From Raphidiopsis brookii D9 (GTDB lineage: Bacteria; Cyanobacteriota; Cyanobacteriia; Cyanobacteriales; Nostocaceae): 32,000 nucleotides of DNA. Under the pieces are notes generated by a model that searched no databases, was not told where the DNA came from, and saw only the letters and a program-made list of their open reading frames with translations. The translations under genes were made by a program, and so were the position numbers. The stretch's first letter is position 1. Each line of letters opens with the position of its first letter. Positions 20,303-31,283 of this stretch are shown piece by piece. Where the stretch lies: NCBI GenBank assembly GCA_000175855.1, contig ACYB01000010.1:29464-61463 (forward strand), written 5' to 3'.

Positions 20303-20731
20303 ATGGGTAAATGGACACCATTAGTTTTAATGGCTGGAGGCGTGGCAATCCTAGTGGGCACCCTATTGGGGATTAACTTTCCTATGGGTGGAGACCAGTC
20401 TGCTAATGTTCCTCCAGAAAGGCGTGCTTCCGGCGTTCTCCCAGCTAATATTAATGTTAACACATCTGATCCGGGAGAAGATGGGGAATCTGCTAATAGA
20501 AATAATCAAAACAATTCGGAAAGTGCCAATAACACGGATATCCCCGGTGACGTTCCCAATACTCCCAGAGGTGCTAGGGTGGCTCAAAGCAATTCTACCA
20601 CCGGTTCACCCAGAGATTCTAGTACCACCCAAGATCTGAACAACAGTGATGGATCTAGCTCTGATATAAATAATGGATCGGAATCTGTTAAAATTAATCG
20701 AAACAAACGACCTATTCGTGCTTTGTGGTAG
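20303..20731 (+). CDS. small membrane-anchored protein with Ser/Asn/Thr-rich low-complexity tail
   Basis: MGKWTPLVLMAGGVAILVGTLLGINF then polar tail. AAAGGAGA RBS is immediately upstream (about 20287..20294), so ATG 20303 is preferred over the 20240 start, which lies inside the IS remnant. Confidence 0.65.
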   Translation: MGKWTPLVLMAGGVAILVGTLLGINFPMGGDQSANVPPERRASGVLPANINVNTSDPGEDGESANRNNQNNSESANNTDIPGDVPNTPRGARVAQSNSTTGSPRDSSTTQDLNNSDGSSSDINNGSESVKINRNKRPIRALW

Positions 20732-20763
20732 TAAAGTAATTATATAAGGTGTAATCTACCTTA

Positions 20764-20779
20764 GGGGGCTAAAGCCCCC
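20764..20779 (+). terminator. putative intrinsic terminator hairpin
   Basis: gggggc-taaa-gccccc stem-loop about 30 nt downstream of the 20731 stop; T-tract weak. Confidence 0.5.
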
Positions 20780-20860
20780 AGTCTAAAATTTAATGTTTCA
20801 CTTAATTTATTATGGAAATTGTCAACTAATAGCTAATAATAGCTAAATAAATACTGAGTA

Positions 20861-22816
20861 ATGAATACGGATATTTTAATTATTGGTGGTGGCGTTATTG
20901 GGTTGGCCTGTGCCGTAGAGTTGAAGTTGAGGGGTGAAAATGTTACAGTTTTATGTCGTAACTTTACTGAAGCAGCTGGTCATGCAGCGGCAGGTATGTT
21001 GGCTCCTGATGCTGAAAACATAGCCAATGAAGCCATGTTGACCCTGAGCAAGCGATCGCTTTACTTATACCCAGAATGGGTTAGTAAGTTGGAAGAGTTA
21101 ACAGGGTTGAGTACGGGTTATTGGCCTTGTGGTGTGGTTGCTCCCGTGAGTCAAAAACCAAATAATCAAAGTCATTCCCCAGGTTACTGGTTGGATAAAT
21201 CAACAATTGAGCAATATCAACGGGGTTTAGGAGCGGATATAATTGGTGGTTGGTGGTACCCCGAAAATGGACAGGTGAATAATCAGTCCCTAATTCAGGT
21301 TTTGCGCTCAGCAGCAGAGTCTTTAGGGATTGAGTTCCGGGATGGAGTTACTGTGGAGGCAATCCTACAGCAACAGTCCCAGATTATGGGGGTTCAAACC
21401 AACAAAGGTTTATTCCATGCTGGTCACTACATTCTAGCTGCTGGTGCTTGGTCAAATCAATTGTTACCTTTACCAGTGCGTCCCTGTAAAGGACAAATGT
21501 TGCGGTTGCGCGTGCCAGGAATTTTACAAGAAATACCTCTAACAAGAGTGTTGTATGGTGAAAATGTTTATATTGTCCCTCGAAAAGACGGTTCTATTAT
21601 TGTGGGCGCTACCGTGGAAGAGGTGGGGTTTACAGCGAATAACACAGCAGCGGGGATTCAAAACTTGCTCAGTCAGTGCACCCGTTTGTACCCGTCCTTA
21701 GCAGATTATTCCCTAGAGGAAATGTGGTGGGGTTTCCGTCCAGCTACACCCGATGAATTGCCCATTTTGGGTGAAAGTTACTGTCAAAACCTAACCATGG
21801 CCACCGGTCATTATCGCAATGGGGTTTTGTTAGCACCAGTGACAGCCAAACTAGTAGCTGACCTGATTGTGTCCCAAAAACCCGATCCCCTGCTTAGCCA
21901 TTTCCGTTACTCCCGCTTTGAAAATTTACCTGTGCCTAACATACCATTCACTCATTCCGCTAATTTTACTGACAGCAAAGCTAGTAATTCATACTTAAAA
22001 TTTCCAGAATTCAACCGGATAGATTCAGAATTAAAGATTGGTCACAAGGTCTTCCATTCCAGATTAATGACCGGGACAGGAAAATATCGCAGTATGGAGG
22101 AAATGCAAGCAAGCGTTAATGCTAGTGGTTGTCAAATAGTTACTGTAGCCGTGCGCAGGGTGCAAACTAATGCTCCTGGACATGAAGGTTTAGCAGAGTC
22201 TTTAGATTGGAGTAAAATATGGATGTTGCCCAATACAGCTGGATGTCAAACTGCCCAGGAGGCCATTCGAGTAGCTCGCTTAGGTAGAGAAATGGCTAAA
22301 TTGCTAGGACAAGAAGATAATAACTTTGTCAAATTGGAGGTGATACCTGATCCTAAATACTTGCTACCCGACCCCATTGGTACCTTAGAAGCAGCAGAGC
22401 AGTTGGTAAAAGAAGGGTTTGCGGTTTTACCCTATATTAATGCCGATCCAATGTTAGCAAAGCGCTTAGAGGAGGTAGGATGTGCTACAGTCATGCCCTT
22501 AGCAGCTCCCATAGGTTCAGGACAAGGATTAAAAACCAGTACCAATATTCAGATTATCATAGAAAATAGTAAAATACCAGTAGTGGTAGATGCGGGAATT
22601 GGCTCACCTTCAGAAGCAGCACAAGCCATGGAGTTAGGAGCTGACGCCTTATTAGTTAATAGTGCGATCGCCCTGGCGCAAAATGCACCAGCAATGGCGT
22701 ATGCTATGAACTTAGCCACCACAGCGGGGAGAATAGCATATCTGGCAGGTAGAATGCCAATCAAAGAATATGCCAGTGCCAGTTCACCTACAACAGGAAC
22801 TATCACATCCTTGTAG
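20861..22816 (+). CDS. thiO/thiG: bifunctional glycine oxidase ThiO / thiazole synthase ThiG fusion
   Basis: 651 aa. N-terminal FAD-binding [16 protein letters not shown] and glycine oxidase features ([18 protein letters not shown]-like segment). C-terminal ThiG: [57 protein letters not shown]-like segment, [21 protein letters not shown]. Confidence 0.94.
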   Translation: MNTDILIIGGGVIGLACAVELKLRGENVTVLCRNFTEAAGHAAAGMLAPDAENIANEAMLTLSKRSLYLYPEWVSKLEELTGLSTGYWPCGVVAPVSQKPNNQSHSPGYWLDKSTIEQYQRGLGADIIGGWWYPENGQVNNQSLIQVLRSAAESLGIEFRDGVTVEAILQQQSQIMGVQTNKGLFHAGHYILAAGAWSNQLLPLPVRPCKGQMLRLRVPGILQEIPLTRVLYGENVYIVPRKDGSIIVGATVEEVGFTANNTAAGIQNLLSQCTRLYPSLADYSLEEMWWGFRPATPDELPILGESYCQNLTMATGHYRNGVLLAPVTAKLVADLIVSQKPDPLLSHFRYSRFENLPVPNIPFTHSANFTDSKASNSYLKFPEFNRIDSELKIGHKVFHSRLMTGTGKYRSMEEMQASVNASGCQIVTVAVRRVQTNAPGHEGLAESLDWSKIWMLPNTAGCQTAQEAIRVARLGREMAKLLGQEDNNFVKLEVIPDPKYLLPDPIGTLEAAEQLVKEGFAVLPYINADPMLAKRLEEVGCATVMPLAAPIGSGQGLKTSTNIQIIIENSKIPVVVDAGIGSPSEAAQAMELGADALLVNSAIALAQNAPAMAYAMNLATTAGRIAYLAGRMPIKEYASASSPTTGTITSL

Positions 22817-22903
22817 GTGATGCTGATAGATTAAAAAATTGTTAGAATATAACTAGAATGTAAATGGATATTTTCCACACAAAGCCAGTAGGCGAGGCCA
22901 TAC

Positions 22904-24376
22904 ATGCTTATAAATACCTTACTTATTTCCTCTCAAATCCCTAACTTAAATTACTCATCTACCACGGAACGTTTTGACCAGACATGGGAAGCTCCATTAG
23001 CAACTCTATTGGGTTTGGGGCGCGCTGCTGGTGCGGACTTTGTGGAGTTTTTTTTAGAGCGTCGTAATTACATTAGTTGTTTAGCAGAAGAAGATATTAT
23101 CACCAGTATTTCACCTAGTTTCAGCACAGGTGCGGGTGTGAGAATATTCCATGGTAAAGGGGATTGTTATGTTAGCACCAACAATCTCACCTTTGCGGGT
23201 TTAAAAGCAGCCTTGGAAAAGGCACTTTCCATACTAGGCTTACAATTACCCATATCAAATGCCTTCGTCCCTGAAATCTACCTGGAATTGTTCCGAGACT
23301 ATGGCAATAAAAGACGGAAAGACAGTTGGTTACCCCTATGTGCCACAATCCGAGAGATGGGGGAAATATTGCTAGAGGGCACAGCCCAATTGCATAAAAA
23401 AGCCACTCACATTCAGTCTCGTCGTGCCAGCTATTTTCGTGATTGGCAAGAAGTATTAGTTGCAGCTAGTGATGGTACATTTGCTCGAGATATTCGCTTG
23501 ACCCAATCTGCAGGTTTTAGCCTCCTATGTGCTGACGGATCTCATCGTACTTCCATCAGTGAAAGAGCAGGCAATACCAGCGATCCTAACTTCCTCAAAA
23601 GCTGGGATTATGAACAGTCAGCTGACCAAATTGCTGAATCAGCTGGTAAAATGCTTTATGCTGATTACGTGGAATCAGGAAATTATCCCATTGTCATGGC
23701 CAATCACTTTGGAGGGGTAATATTTCATGAAGCTTGTGGACACCTACTAGAAACCACCCAAATAGAAAGAAAAACTACCCCATTTGCGGATAAAAAGGGC
23801 GAGAAAATTGCCCATGAAAGTCTAACAGCTTGGGATGAAGGGAGATCAGATAATGCTTTTGGCACCATTGACATGGATGATGAGGGGATGCCAGCTCAAA
23901 GAACATTACTCATAGAAAAAGGAGTTCTCAAAAACTTCTTAGCTGATCGAACCGGGTCTATGAGAACTGGACACCCGAGAACAGGTAGTGGTCGTCGTCA
24001 AAATTATACCTTTGCTGCTGCCAGTCGCATGAGAAATACTTATATTGCTCCCGGAGAATACACTAATGAGGACTTATTTGCTTCCATTGACAGGGGTATT
24101 TACTGTAAAAAGATGGGTGGAGGTAGTGTAGGTGCAACTGGGCAGTTTAATTTTAGCGTTGATGAGGCGTATCTCATAGAAAATGGGAAAGTCACCAAAC
24201 CTTTAAAGGGCGCTACCCTAATTGGAGAAGCTAAGGAAATCATGAACAAAATTTCCCTTTGTTCCCAGGATTTAGAATTAGCACCTGGTTTTTGCGGTTC
24301 TGTGAGTGGTAGCATTTACACCACAGTAGGACAACCACATATTAAGGTAGATTCCATTACCGTGGGGGGGAGATAG
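22904..24376 (+). CDS. tldD: TldD/PmbA family metalloprotease subunit (TldD-like)
   Basis: 490 aa with [11 protein letters not shown] metal-binding motif and C-terminal [28 protein letters not shown]. Confidence 0.9.
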   Translation: MLINTLLISSQIPNLNYSSTTERFDQTWEAPLATLLGLGRAAGADFVEFFLERRNYISCLAEEDIITSISPSFSTGAGVRIFHGKGDCYVSTNNLTFAGLKAALEKALSILGLQLPISNAFVPEIYLELFRDYGNKRRKDSWLPLCATIREMGEILLEGTAQLHKKATHIQSRRASYFRDWQEVLVAASDGTFARDIRLTQSAGFSLLCADGSHRTSISERAGNTSDPNFLKSWDYEQSADQIAESAGKMLYADYVESGNYPIVMANHFGGVIFHEACGHLLETTQIERKTTPFADKKGEKIAHESLTAWDEGRSDNAFGTIDMDDEGMPAQRTLLIEKGVLKNFLADRTGSMRTGHPRTGSGRRQNYTFAAASRMRNTYIAPGEYTNEDLFASIDRGIYCKKMGGGSVGATGQFNFSVDEAYLIENGKVTKPLKGATLIGEAKEIMNKISLCSQDLELAPGFCGSVSGSIYTTVGQPHIKVDSITVGGR

Positions 24377-24433
24377 TTTGAACTGGAAGCACTTATCAAT
24401 AAACAATAACAAAGTTTAAATACTAGAAGTCTC

Positions 24434-25774
24434 ATGTCTAATATCCAACAAGTCGCTAAAAACGCCCAGGAAACCGCTAGAAAACTGGGTATTGAAAAAT
24501 TCGATATTTATGGTTCAACTGTAGATGACACTAGCGTACAAGTTGACCAAGGAGAACCTAAGCAGGTAAAAGCTTCTAATCGTTCTGGGGTCACAGTTAG
24601 GGTTTGGAACGAGGAGAATACAATGGGTGTTACCAGCACCACAGATGTGGATCCCAAAGGTTTAGAATTAGCCTTGCAAACTGCTTATGAAGCCAGTTTC
24701 TTCGGGGTGAAGGAAAATGTTCCTGACTTTAGTCCAGAAGCAACATTACCCATTGAAAGTACACCCAAAGAGAGATTTGCTCAAGCACCTGTTTCTGAAC
24801 TGATTGACAAACTGCTATTGGCAGAAAAAGAACTTTTAGACTCCCACCCTGCAATTAGTGGTGTACCTTATAATGGCTTATCTCAACGAGACGTAGAGCG
24901 GTTCTATCTCAATAGTAATGGTGCATTAAGAAAAGAGTCTCACTCCTTAGCCTCAATTTATTTATACAGTAAAACAGAACAAGAAGGGAAAAAACCTCGC
25001 AGTGCTGGTGCTTATCGGGTAAAGGAAAATTTAGGCAATTTAGATATTGCAGGTTGCATCAAAGAAGCAGCAGATAAAACTATCAGTCATTTGGATTACC
25101 AAAAAGTTAAAACTGGTAGATATCAGGTAGTTTTTTCTCCTGAAGCTTTTTTGAGTTTATTGGGTGCTTTCTCTAATTTATTTAATGCCCAAAATATTCT
25201 GGATAATCAAAGTTTATCCCAGGTAGATGACCTAGGTAAGCAAATTGCCTCTCCTTTACTTTCAGTTTATGATGATACCTTACATCCAGCTAATGTAGGA
25301 GCGGAAACCTTTGATGGAGAAGGGACACCTACCCGTCAAATAAGGCTAATAGAAAAGGGAATTTTAACCAGTTTTTTACACAGTGCGGGAACCGCCAAAA
25401 GACTCAATGCTCAACCTACAGGTAATGCCAGCATTGGTGCTAAAGTAACTGTCAGTCCTAATTTTTATCATGTGTTTGCTGCTAATACAACTGAAGAAGA
25501 ATTCAGTTTACAAACAGTAGAAAATGTGATACTGATTGATGATTTACAGGCTCTTCATGCGGGTGTTAAAGCTTTACAAGGTTCTTTTTCCTTACCCTTT
25601 GATGGTTGGTTAGTGAACAAGGGCGAAAAAATCAGCATTGATTCAGCAACTGTGGCGGGAGATTTTCTAGAACTATTGAAATCTATTGTTTACATAGAGA
25701 AAGAACCAGAATTAACACCGGGGGGAGTTTGTCCCAGAATTTGGGTAGGTGAACTCTCCATTACTGGAGACTAG
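24434..25774 (+). CDS. pmbA: TldD/PmbA family protein (PmbA/TldE-like)
   Basis: 446 aa lacking the HExxxH motif of its neighbour; FDIYGSTVDDTSVQVDQGEPKQVKAS ... LTSFLHSAGTAKRLNAQPTGNA ... adjacent and co-oriented with tldD. Confidence 0.88.
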   Translation: MSNIQQVAKNAQETARKLGIEKFDIYGSTVDDTSVQVDQGEPKQVKASNRSGVTVRVWNEENTMGVTSTTDVDPKGLELALQTAYEASFFGVKENVPDFSPEATLPIESTPKERFAQAPVSELIDKLLLAEKELLDSHPAISGVPYNGLSQRDVERFYLNSNGALRKESHSLASIYLYSKTEQEGKKPRSAGAYRVKENLGNLDIAGCIKEAADKTISHLDYQKVKTGRYQVVFSPEAFLSLLGAFSNLFNAQNILDNQSLSQVDDLGKQIASPLLSVYDDTLHPANVGAETFDGEGTPTRQIRLIEKGILTSFLHSAGTAKRLNAQPTGNASIGAKVTVSPNFYHVFAANTTEEEFSLQTVENVILIDDLQALHAGVKALQGSFSLPFDGWLVNKGEKISIDSATVAGDFLELLKSIVYIEKEPELTPGGVCPRIWVGELSITGD

Positions 25775-25838
25775 GTTCTAGGTTCTTTTGATTTCTACTT
25801 GGTCAAAGATTTAGTGAGGTAATTAACTGGATGGATTT

Positions 25839-26315
25839 ATGAACAATTGTATTTTAACGGTAGAGATTTATAACGAACCTCAATTGAGACACACAACAGA
25901 GGGGTTGGAAGTCACAGAGATGATAGTTCATGTACCAGGATCCCGTGCTGATGACCCTACCCATCCCTTGAAAGTTGTAGGTTGGGGAAATTTAGCCAAG
26001 GATATTCATCAGAATTATCATGCAGGTGACCGGGTAATTTTAGAGGGTCGTCTGGGAATGAACACCTTTGATCGTCCTGAAGGGTTTAAAGAAAAACGCG
26101 CTGAGTTGACAGTCCAAAAAATTCACCCTGTCACCAAAAATACGGGAACTAGCCAACCAGCTGGACAACTTCCCCAAGAGACCCCTAACTATCAAGCAAG
26201 TAGACCCACTCCAACTCCAGTGGTAGAAGAAACCGCACGTTCAGTAACCACCTTGGATCCCAGTCCTCAAGCAGTGATTCAGCCAACACCTAATCCGGAC
26301 GAGATACCATTTTAG
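25839..26315 (+). CDS. single-stranded DNA-binding protein-like (OB fold)
   Basis: 158 aa, MNNCILTVEIYNEPQLRHTTEGLEVTEMIVHVPG...HPLKVVGWGNLAKDIHQNYHAGDRVILEGRLGMNTFDRPEGFKEKRAELTVQKI. Confidence 0.82.
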   Translation: MNNCILTVEIYNEPQLRHTTEGLEVTEMIVHVPGSRADDPTHPLKVVGWGNLAKDIHQNYHAGDRVILEGRLGMNTFDRPEGFKEKRAELTVQKIHPVTKNTGTSQPAGQLPQETPNYQASRPTPTPVVEETARSVTTLDPSPQAVIQPTPNPDEIPF

Positions 26316-26405
26316 CTTGTACAGCTTTAGTCAGAATGCTTCCTAGGCATTCTGGCTTCGTCCAGATGGTTATGGTTACAAGAGATGATTGTGGATGAAT
26401 GTAAC

Positions 26406-27292
26406 TTATATTTCCGCCAGAGCCCGTTCAATCAAGCGACGAGCTAGAGTTTGAGTTCCTGTGTGTTCATAATAGTTGGTGGACACGTCTAAAAAGGCTG
26501 CTACATAATCTAGTTTATCATCAGCAAACTCAAGAAAACCGCTAATGTTATTCAGGACTTTTTGAGCAGTTAAGGCATTAGCAGAAACTATTCCATTCAT
26601 CCAACCCTGCACAGAGTCCAGACTTTGACCAATAAAGTCTATTTTTCCACCGGTACCATTTCCGGGGATTGCATCCTTAATGCTTCTAAAAGTAGAATTT
26701 TGGTCCAATTCCTGGGGATTCATACTGCTGAGAAAAGACAATGATTTTTGCACAAAATCAGGACCGAGGGGGAGAATACCATCCACACAAATTAATGCTA
26801 CCATCCTAATTAGCGATTCACCAGCATATTCCCCCAAAGCGGCTACAAAATCGCCAATACTATCACCGGGAATGCCATTAATTTGACAAAAAGCCACTAA
26901 TTCCGCCACAACTTTTAAGGTGAGGTCAATAGTTTGGGCTTTATCGGGTTTGGGGGTGATAGAGTTTAAGAAACCAAATAAGGGTATGGTTCACCAACCT
27001 TATTTGCCAAAGCTGCTGCACCCAAAGCTTTATCAGTGCCATCTACGGTTTGATACAGCCATAAGGCAGTTTGATAACCTTGAGATTTATCGTTAAAAAG
27101 GTAAACTGCCCGTTCACCAATGGCTTGAATTAAATCTTCGTCAGTTTCACCAGTAACAGTTTTAATTGTATTGACAAACCCTACTGTATTTTGCCATTCA
27201 CCAGGAGCAACAAAGTCCAACGCGTTCAACAAAGAAACAGTTAAACCACTGGTAGGTAACTCATCAACTAGTTCAAAAATTGGCTTGCTCAC
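26406..27292 (-). pseudogene. conserved hypothetical protein broken by an apparent single frameshift
   Basis: ORF 26966..27292 (MSKPIFELVDEL...ALAANKVGEPYPYLVS*) and ORF 26406..26909 are co-oriented. The second frame extends upstream through the junction as ...PLFGFLNSITPKPDKAQTIDLTLKVVAELVAFCQINGIPGDSIGDFVAAL. Together they read as one ~295-aa protein. Confidence 0.72.
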
Positions 27293-27349
27293 AATAATCT
27301 CCTGATTGGTATGGTACTATTTTGCTACTTATTGTGCTATTTATTAAGG

Positions 27350-27859
27350 TTATTTCAACTTTGATAAACCATCAAGATCAAATTTTTCAATCCAATCTTC
27401 TCTGTTGCTGGCGTTAAATAATGGGTCTTTAGAAATCACTTTTACTTGGTACCTACCTACCAAAACAGAGGTTTGGGTTTTACCCAGTTCCACTGCTGGA
27501 TAACCATCTATTGTTTTGGTGCTGTTGGCATATTTTGAAGCCGTTCCAGGAGTGCTAGTGGTGTCAGAAATGGCCAGCTGTGCTACCACTTTACCACCTT
27601 TTTTCAAATTAGCCTCCGAGAAACCCTTTTTCTCTTGGGTATAAACTCGATTGTAGCCATCTTCACTTTTAGGGAAGAAAGCATTTAATTTACTACCCTG
27701 GGTAGCATTTTTAGAAACTGCTTGACCACTTCTTTGCTTTGTGCTTTCTTGTTGTACTGCATCAAAACGACTAGGTGCTTTAGCTGCGCAAGCTGTTGTT
27801 AATAGTAAAATGCACAGTAGCAAGCTGGCCAATATCCTGCGCCCACGGGATAAATTCAT
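27350..27859 (-). CDS. putative lipoprotein, PsbP-like fold possible
   Basis: The listed ORF starts at 27916, but ATG at 27859 gives MNLSRGRRILASLLLCILLLTTAC, a good lipobox signal peptide. The body (YNRVYTQEKKGFSEANLKKGG..., DGYPAVELGKTQTSVLVGRYQVKV) is only loosely suggestive of a PsbP-type family. Confidence 0.65.
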   Translation of the reverse strand: MNLSRGRRILASLLLCILLLTTACAAKAPSRFDAVQQESTKQRSGQAVSKNATQGSKLNAFFPKSEDGYNRVYTQEKKGFSEANLKKGGKVVAQLAISDTTSTPGTASKYANSTKTIDGYPAVELGKTQTSVLVGRYQVKVISKDPLFNASNREDWIEKFDLDGLSKLK

Positions 27860-28008
27860 GTTGATTCTCCTGGAATTATTGTAATTTATTGTGGTTTTTG
27901 TTGAAGCAATTACCAATTTAATACAGGGTGATCATTTATAGGTAAAAATTTATTATTTCCTTATTATTTTCCTATTCTCTAAGATATGCTACCTAATTTT
28001 AAATATTT

Positions 28009-28662
28009 TTACTTTGATGCTCGATGAGCTATCACTGCGTAAAAGGGGTCTCCTCCAGTTAGACCCAACCATTGTTGTATTAAATGGGGAGCTTTCGCTC
28101 TGGTAGCAATTACCTTGGGGGTAGTAAAACCGGGCACGGAGGCAAAATAACGTTTGACCAACTCTACTCTGGATGATTCTGTGCCATCACGCCAGATTTG
28201 AATCGCTTTCTGATAGAACATCCGATTGGAAAAACTAATAATAGCCACACCACCAGGTTTGAGAATGCGATGAATTTCTGAAAATATAGCCTCTGGATAT
28301 TGGATGTACTGCACAGAAACGCAATTGATCACAGCGTGAAAGTCCTGGTTCCCTAGTGGTAGCTGGGGTTGGGCGTTAATATTTTGGACGAAATAATGAT
28401 TTAAGCGAGGATTGCGTGCTAGTTCCTGAGCGTTTAGTCCGTGCCCTTCCACATAGTCAAAATCTACCTCTGGTGGTAGATGAGATACCCAGCTACTCAT
28501 CATATCAAAAATGCAGGTTTTGGGTTGCAGGTATTGACGGTATATGTCAGTTAGCTGCTGAATGAATCCATCATCAACATGAGTTACCAATCGTGGGTAG
28601 TCGTAAAATAGGTTGTCATCGGTATCGTCTATTTTTAGACGTTGTTCTGGTCGCAGCAGCAT
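28009..28662 (-). CDS. class I SAM-dependent methyltransferase-like protein
   Basis: 217 aa, CIFDMMSSWVSHLP, FHAVINCVSVQYIQYPEAIFSEIHRILKPGGVAIISFSNRMF. Confidence 0.8.
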   Translation of the reverse strand: MLLRPEQRLKIDDTDDNLFYDYPRLVTHVDDGFIQQLTDIYRQYLQPKTCIFDMMSSWVSHLPPEVDFDYVEGHGLNAQELARNPRLNHYFVQNINAQPQLPLGNQDFHAVINCVSVQYIQYPEAIFSEIHRILKPGGVAIISFSNRMFYQKAIQIWRDGTESSRVELVKRYFASVPGFTTPKVIATRAKAPHLIQQWLGLTGGDPFYAVIAHRASK

Positions 28663-28684
28663 AAGAAAGATTCCTAACTCCTCA

Positions 28685-30901
28685 TCATCTTTTTAGACCA
28701 ACTGAATTACCTTGATGGCTATCTTTTAAATCCTCATAATCACCTGTGTAATACCCGGAATATTGGTATCCTCCATATCCACTTTCCTCGCTGACACCAT
28801 TGACAACCATACCCAACACTGGCACCTTAGCCTGAGTTAGTAGGGTGTTTGCAGCACTCACGGCTGAGGATTCTACCCGACCGGGACGAACCACTAATAA
28901 TACTCCATCTACTAACTTACTTACCACTAGGGCATCCGCTACGGCAGTTAGGGGTGGTGTATCAATAATTATAAAGTCATATTCGTTACGAACTTTTTGG
29001 ACAAAATTTACCATGGACTCTGAGTCTAAAAGTTGCAACGCATTGGGAGGAGTATTACCTGCTGTTAAAACGCTTATGGATGATACTTCCTGAATGGATG
29101 CTCCTAATTGGGTGCGGCCTGCCAAAATTTCAGATAGTCCCACAAAGTTAGGTAGTTTCCAAACCCGATGTTGACAGGGACGACGTAAGTCCCCATCCAC
29201 TATGAGGACTCTTTTACCCAGATAGGATAATGCTGCAGCTAAATTGGCTGAGACGAAAGACTTACCCTCACCCTGGGAAGAGCTAGTGACCAACATTACT
29301 TGCAACTCCCGATCACGAGCAAATCCCAGGTTGGTTTGCAGTATTTGAAAAGATCTGCTGATGGGTGAATAGGGTTGATCAAATAAAGGTAAATCCCCTT
29401 CACCTTCCCATTCTCCTTTATTTTTGCGTTTTTTTGTTTCAAAGTTGGGAATAGACCCCAATAGGGGCAAATCTAATAACCGATTGATCTCCTCAATATT
29501 CTTCACGGATTTATCAAGAGACTCTAATACTAGCGCTGTTCCCACCCCCAAAATGACACCTAAAATTGCTCCTATACCAATGTTAAGGGGTATTCTGGGA
29601 GAAACAGGTCTTTTGGGAACTAAGGCACTGGATAATACTCTAGCAGTACCAGTTGTTTCCCCTTGCAATATTTCCAACTCCTGTAATTGCTTTTGTAGCT
29701 GTTTATAAGTGGTCACTACTATTTCCAATCTTAACCTGAGTCTTGCTTCTTGTTGCCCTAAACGCGGCAAGCTAGTTAGTCTTCTTTTATAAATGGAAAG
29801 CACATTCTGTAAAGCGTTGATGTTACTAGAAAGTGTTAGCTTTTCTATTTCTGATTTAACTAATTCTTCCGTTAACCCCTGTTTTAAGTCTGGCATGTAC
29901 AAACTCCTCTCCCCTAAAGCACCAACATTACCAACTGACTGGTATATTCTTTCTTGTAGTTGCTTTTTCAGGACTTGCCCTTTGGCCGTTAAGCTAACAA
30001 CCTTAGGATTATCATTAGTATAAGTTGTTTGGGCTACAGCAAGCTCTTGTTCGTTTTTTTGGTACTCTTTCAGTACCTCTTGTACACCTGGAATTTGACT
30101 TAAAGTACTAACTAGGACGGCTTGCTGTTTGTTCAACTGCAGTTCGTTTTGCAAAGCTGAGGACCTTGTATAAACTACAGCCAATTCAGCTTGAGCTTGA
30201 TTAATCGCAGCGTCTACAGTACTGACGTTCTTCATACCTGACTCAGCTTCTGCTTCTAGAGATATAATCTCATTACTTTCTTTAAATTGACGCAGGTCAG
30301 TTTCTGCTTTAGCAAGTTCCCTCTCTACCCTAGGCAATTTTTTAGCTAAAACTTGCCTTGCTTTTGCGCTAGCGGAGTTATTAATAACAATATTACTCAA
30401 TAAGTATTCATTCATCAATCCATTTACTACTTTCGCTGCTTCATCAGGAATTTTACTGTCATAAGTAAACTCCATAACATTAGTGCCACGAACTGTCTGG
30501 AGTTTTAGGTTACCAAGAATCACATCGGGATCTAAGGGTTTTCCCTCATCATCCTGCAACTCAAGTGTTTCAACAAGTTGTTCAAGCATGGGCCGAGAGC
30601 GAATTACCTCAGCTTCATTTTCTAGTCCACTACCACCACTACTAGTAGCGCCAGTAAGTTGCGCTAATTCTGCCAGTCCCCCCAAACGGGTTAAAGAAGA
30701 AACACGATCACCCTCAAATAAAAGTTTTCCCTTTGCTTGGTAAACTGGTTTCTGGAAAAGAGTGTAGGAGATTGCCCCCCCTAATACTGAAGCCATGACT
30801 AACAATACTACTAGCCACCGACGTCTGAGTATCATCCAGTATAACTGTAAATCAATTACATCTGATTCCTCTTGGTTAACTTGGTTAATGGGCATAGACA
30901 A
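28685..30901 (-). CDS. polysaccharide biosynthesis tyrosine autokinase (Wzc/CpsD-like)
   Basis: 738 aa: Wzz domain with two TMs, coiled coil, Walker A-like VTSSSQGEGKSFVSANLA, VLIVDGDLRRP, FIIIDTPPLTAVADA, Tyr-rich C-terminus (YGGYQYSGYYTGDYED). Confidence 0.93.
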   Translation of the reverse strand: MSMPINQVNQEESDVIDLQLYWMILRRRWLVVLLVMASVLGGAISYTLFQKPVYQAKGKLLFEGDRVSSLTRLGGLAELAQLTGATSSGGSGLENEAEVIRSRPMLEQLVETLELQDDEGKPLDPDVILGNLKLQTVRGTNVMEFTYDSKIPDEAAKVVNGLMNEYLLSNIVINNSASAKARQVLAKKLPRVERELAKAETDLRQFKESNEIISLEAEAESGMKNVSTVDAAINQAQAELAVVYTRSSALQNELQLNKQQAVLVSTLSQIPGVQEVLKEYQKNEQELAVAQTTYTNDNPKVVSLTAKGQVLKKQLQERIYQSVGNVGALGERSLYMPDLKQGLTEELVKSEIEKLTLSSNINALQNVLSIYKRRLTSLPRLGQQEARLRLRLEIVVTTYKQLQKQLQELEILQGETTGTARVLSSALVPKRPVSPRIPLNIGIGAILGVILGVGTALVLESLDKSVKNIEEINRLLDLPLLGSIPNFETKKRKNKGEWEGEGDLPLFDQPYSPISRSFQILQTNLGFARDRELQVMLVTSSSQGEGKSFVSANLAAALSYLGKRVLIVDGDLRRPCQHRVWKLPNFVGLSEILAGRTQLGASIQEVSSISVLTAGNTPPNALQLLDSESMVNFVQKVRNEYDFIIIDTPPLTAVADALVVSKLVDGVLLVVRPGRVESSAVSAANTLLTQAKVPVLGMVVNGVSEESGYGGYQYSGYYTGDYEDLKDSHQGNSVGLKR

Positions 30902-31283
30902 CCTCTCTCATTATGACGAACTCTAATTTAACACATTCGTTCTAACACAACCTTTCCTTTCATAACATATTTTTTTAGCAGATTTTTTTAACGCACTTTC
31001 TTAACAATTTTGAAATCTTTCTGCCCTTATGGTAGTTTCATCTATAATTACGTTAAAACTACTAAGGTAGCAAAATTGTGATGTTATCGTTCTTGAAACT
31101 ATGCGATCGCACTGTGTGAATTGATTTGACTGAATATTATCTGAAATAATTTACCGAAAGTAATGAGTATTTTAGCTCATTCGGTACCAGCAGTTACTGT
31201 ATGACTTGAAGAAATCAACTAGTTAGATTAGATGAAATTCTTATAGAAAACATTAGTATTCTCTCAGAAATTCTTACACTAGT

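Noticed and set aside
22549-22806. Minus-strand ORF antisense to the ThiG domain
   Set aside because: Ala-rich shadow ORF from opposite-strand coding bias.
28685-30901. Possible exopolysaccharide biosynthesis cluster
   Set aside because: Only the Wzc-like kinase is present in the window. The neighbours (methyltransferase, lipoprotein) do not establish a cluster.
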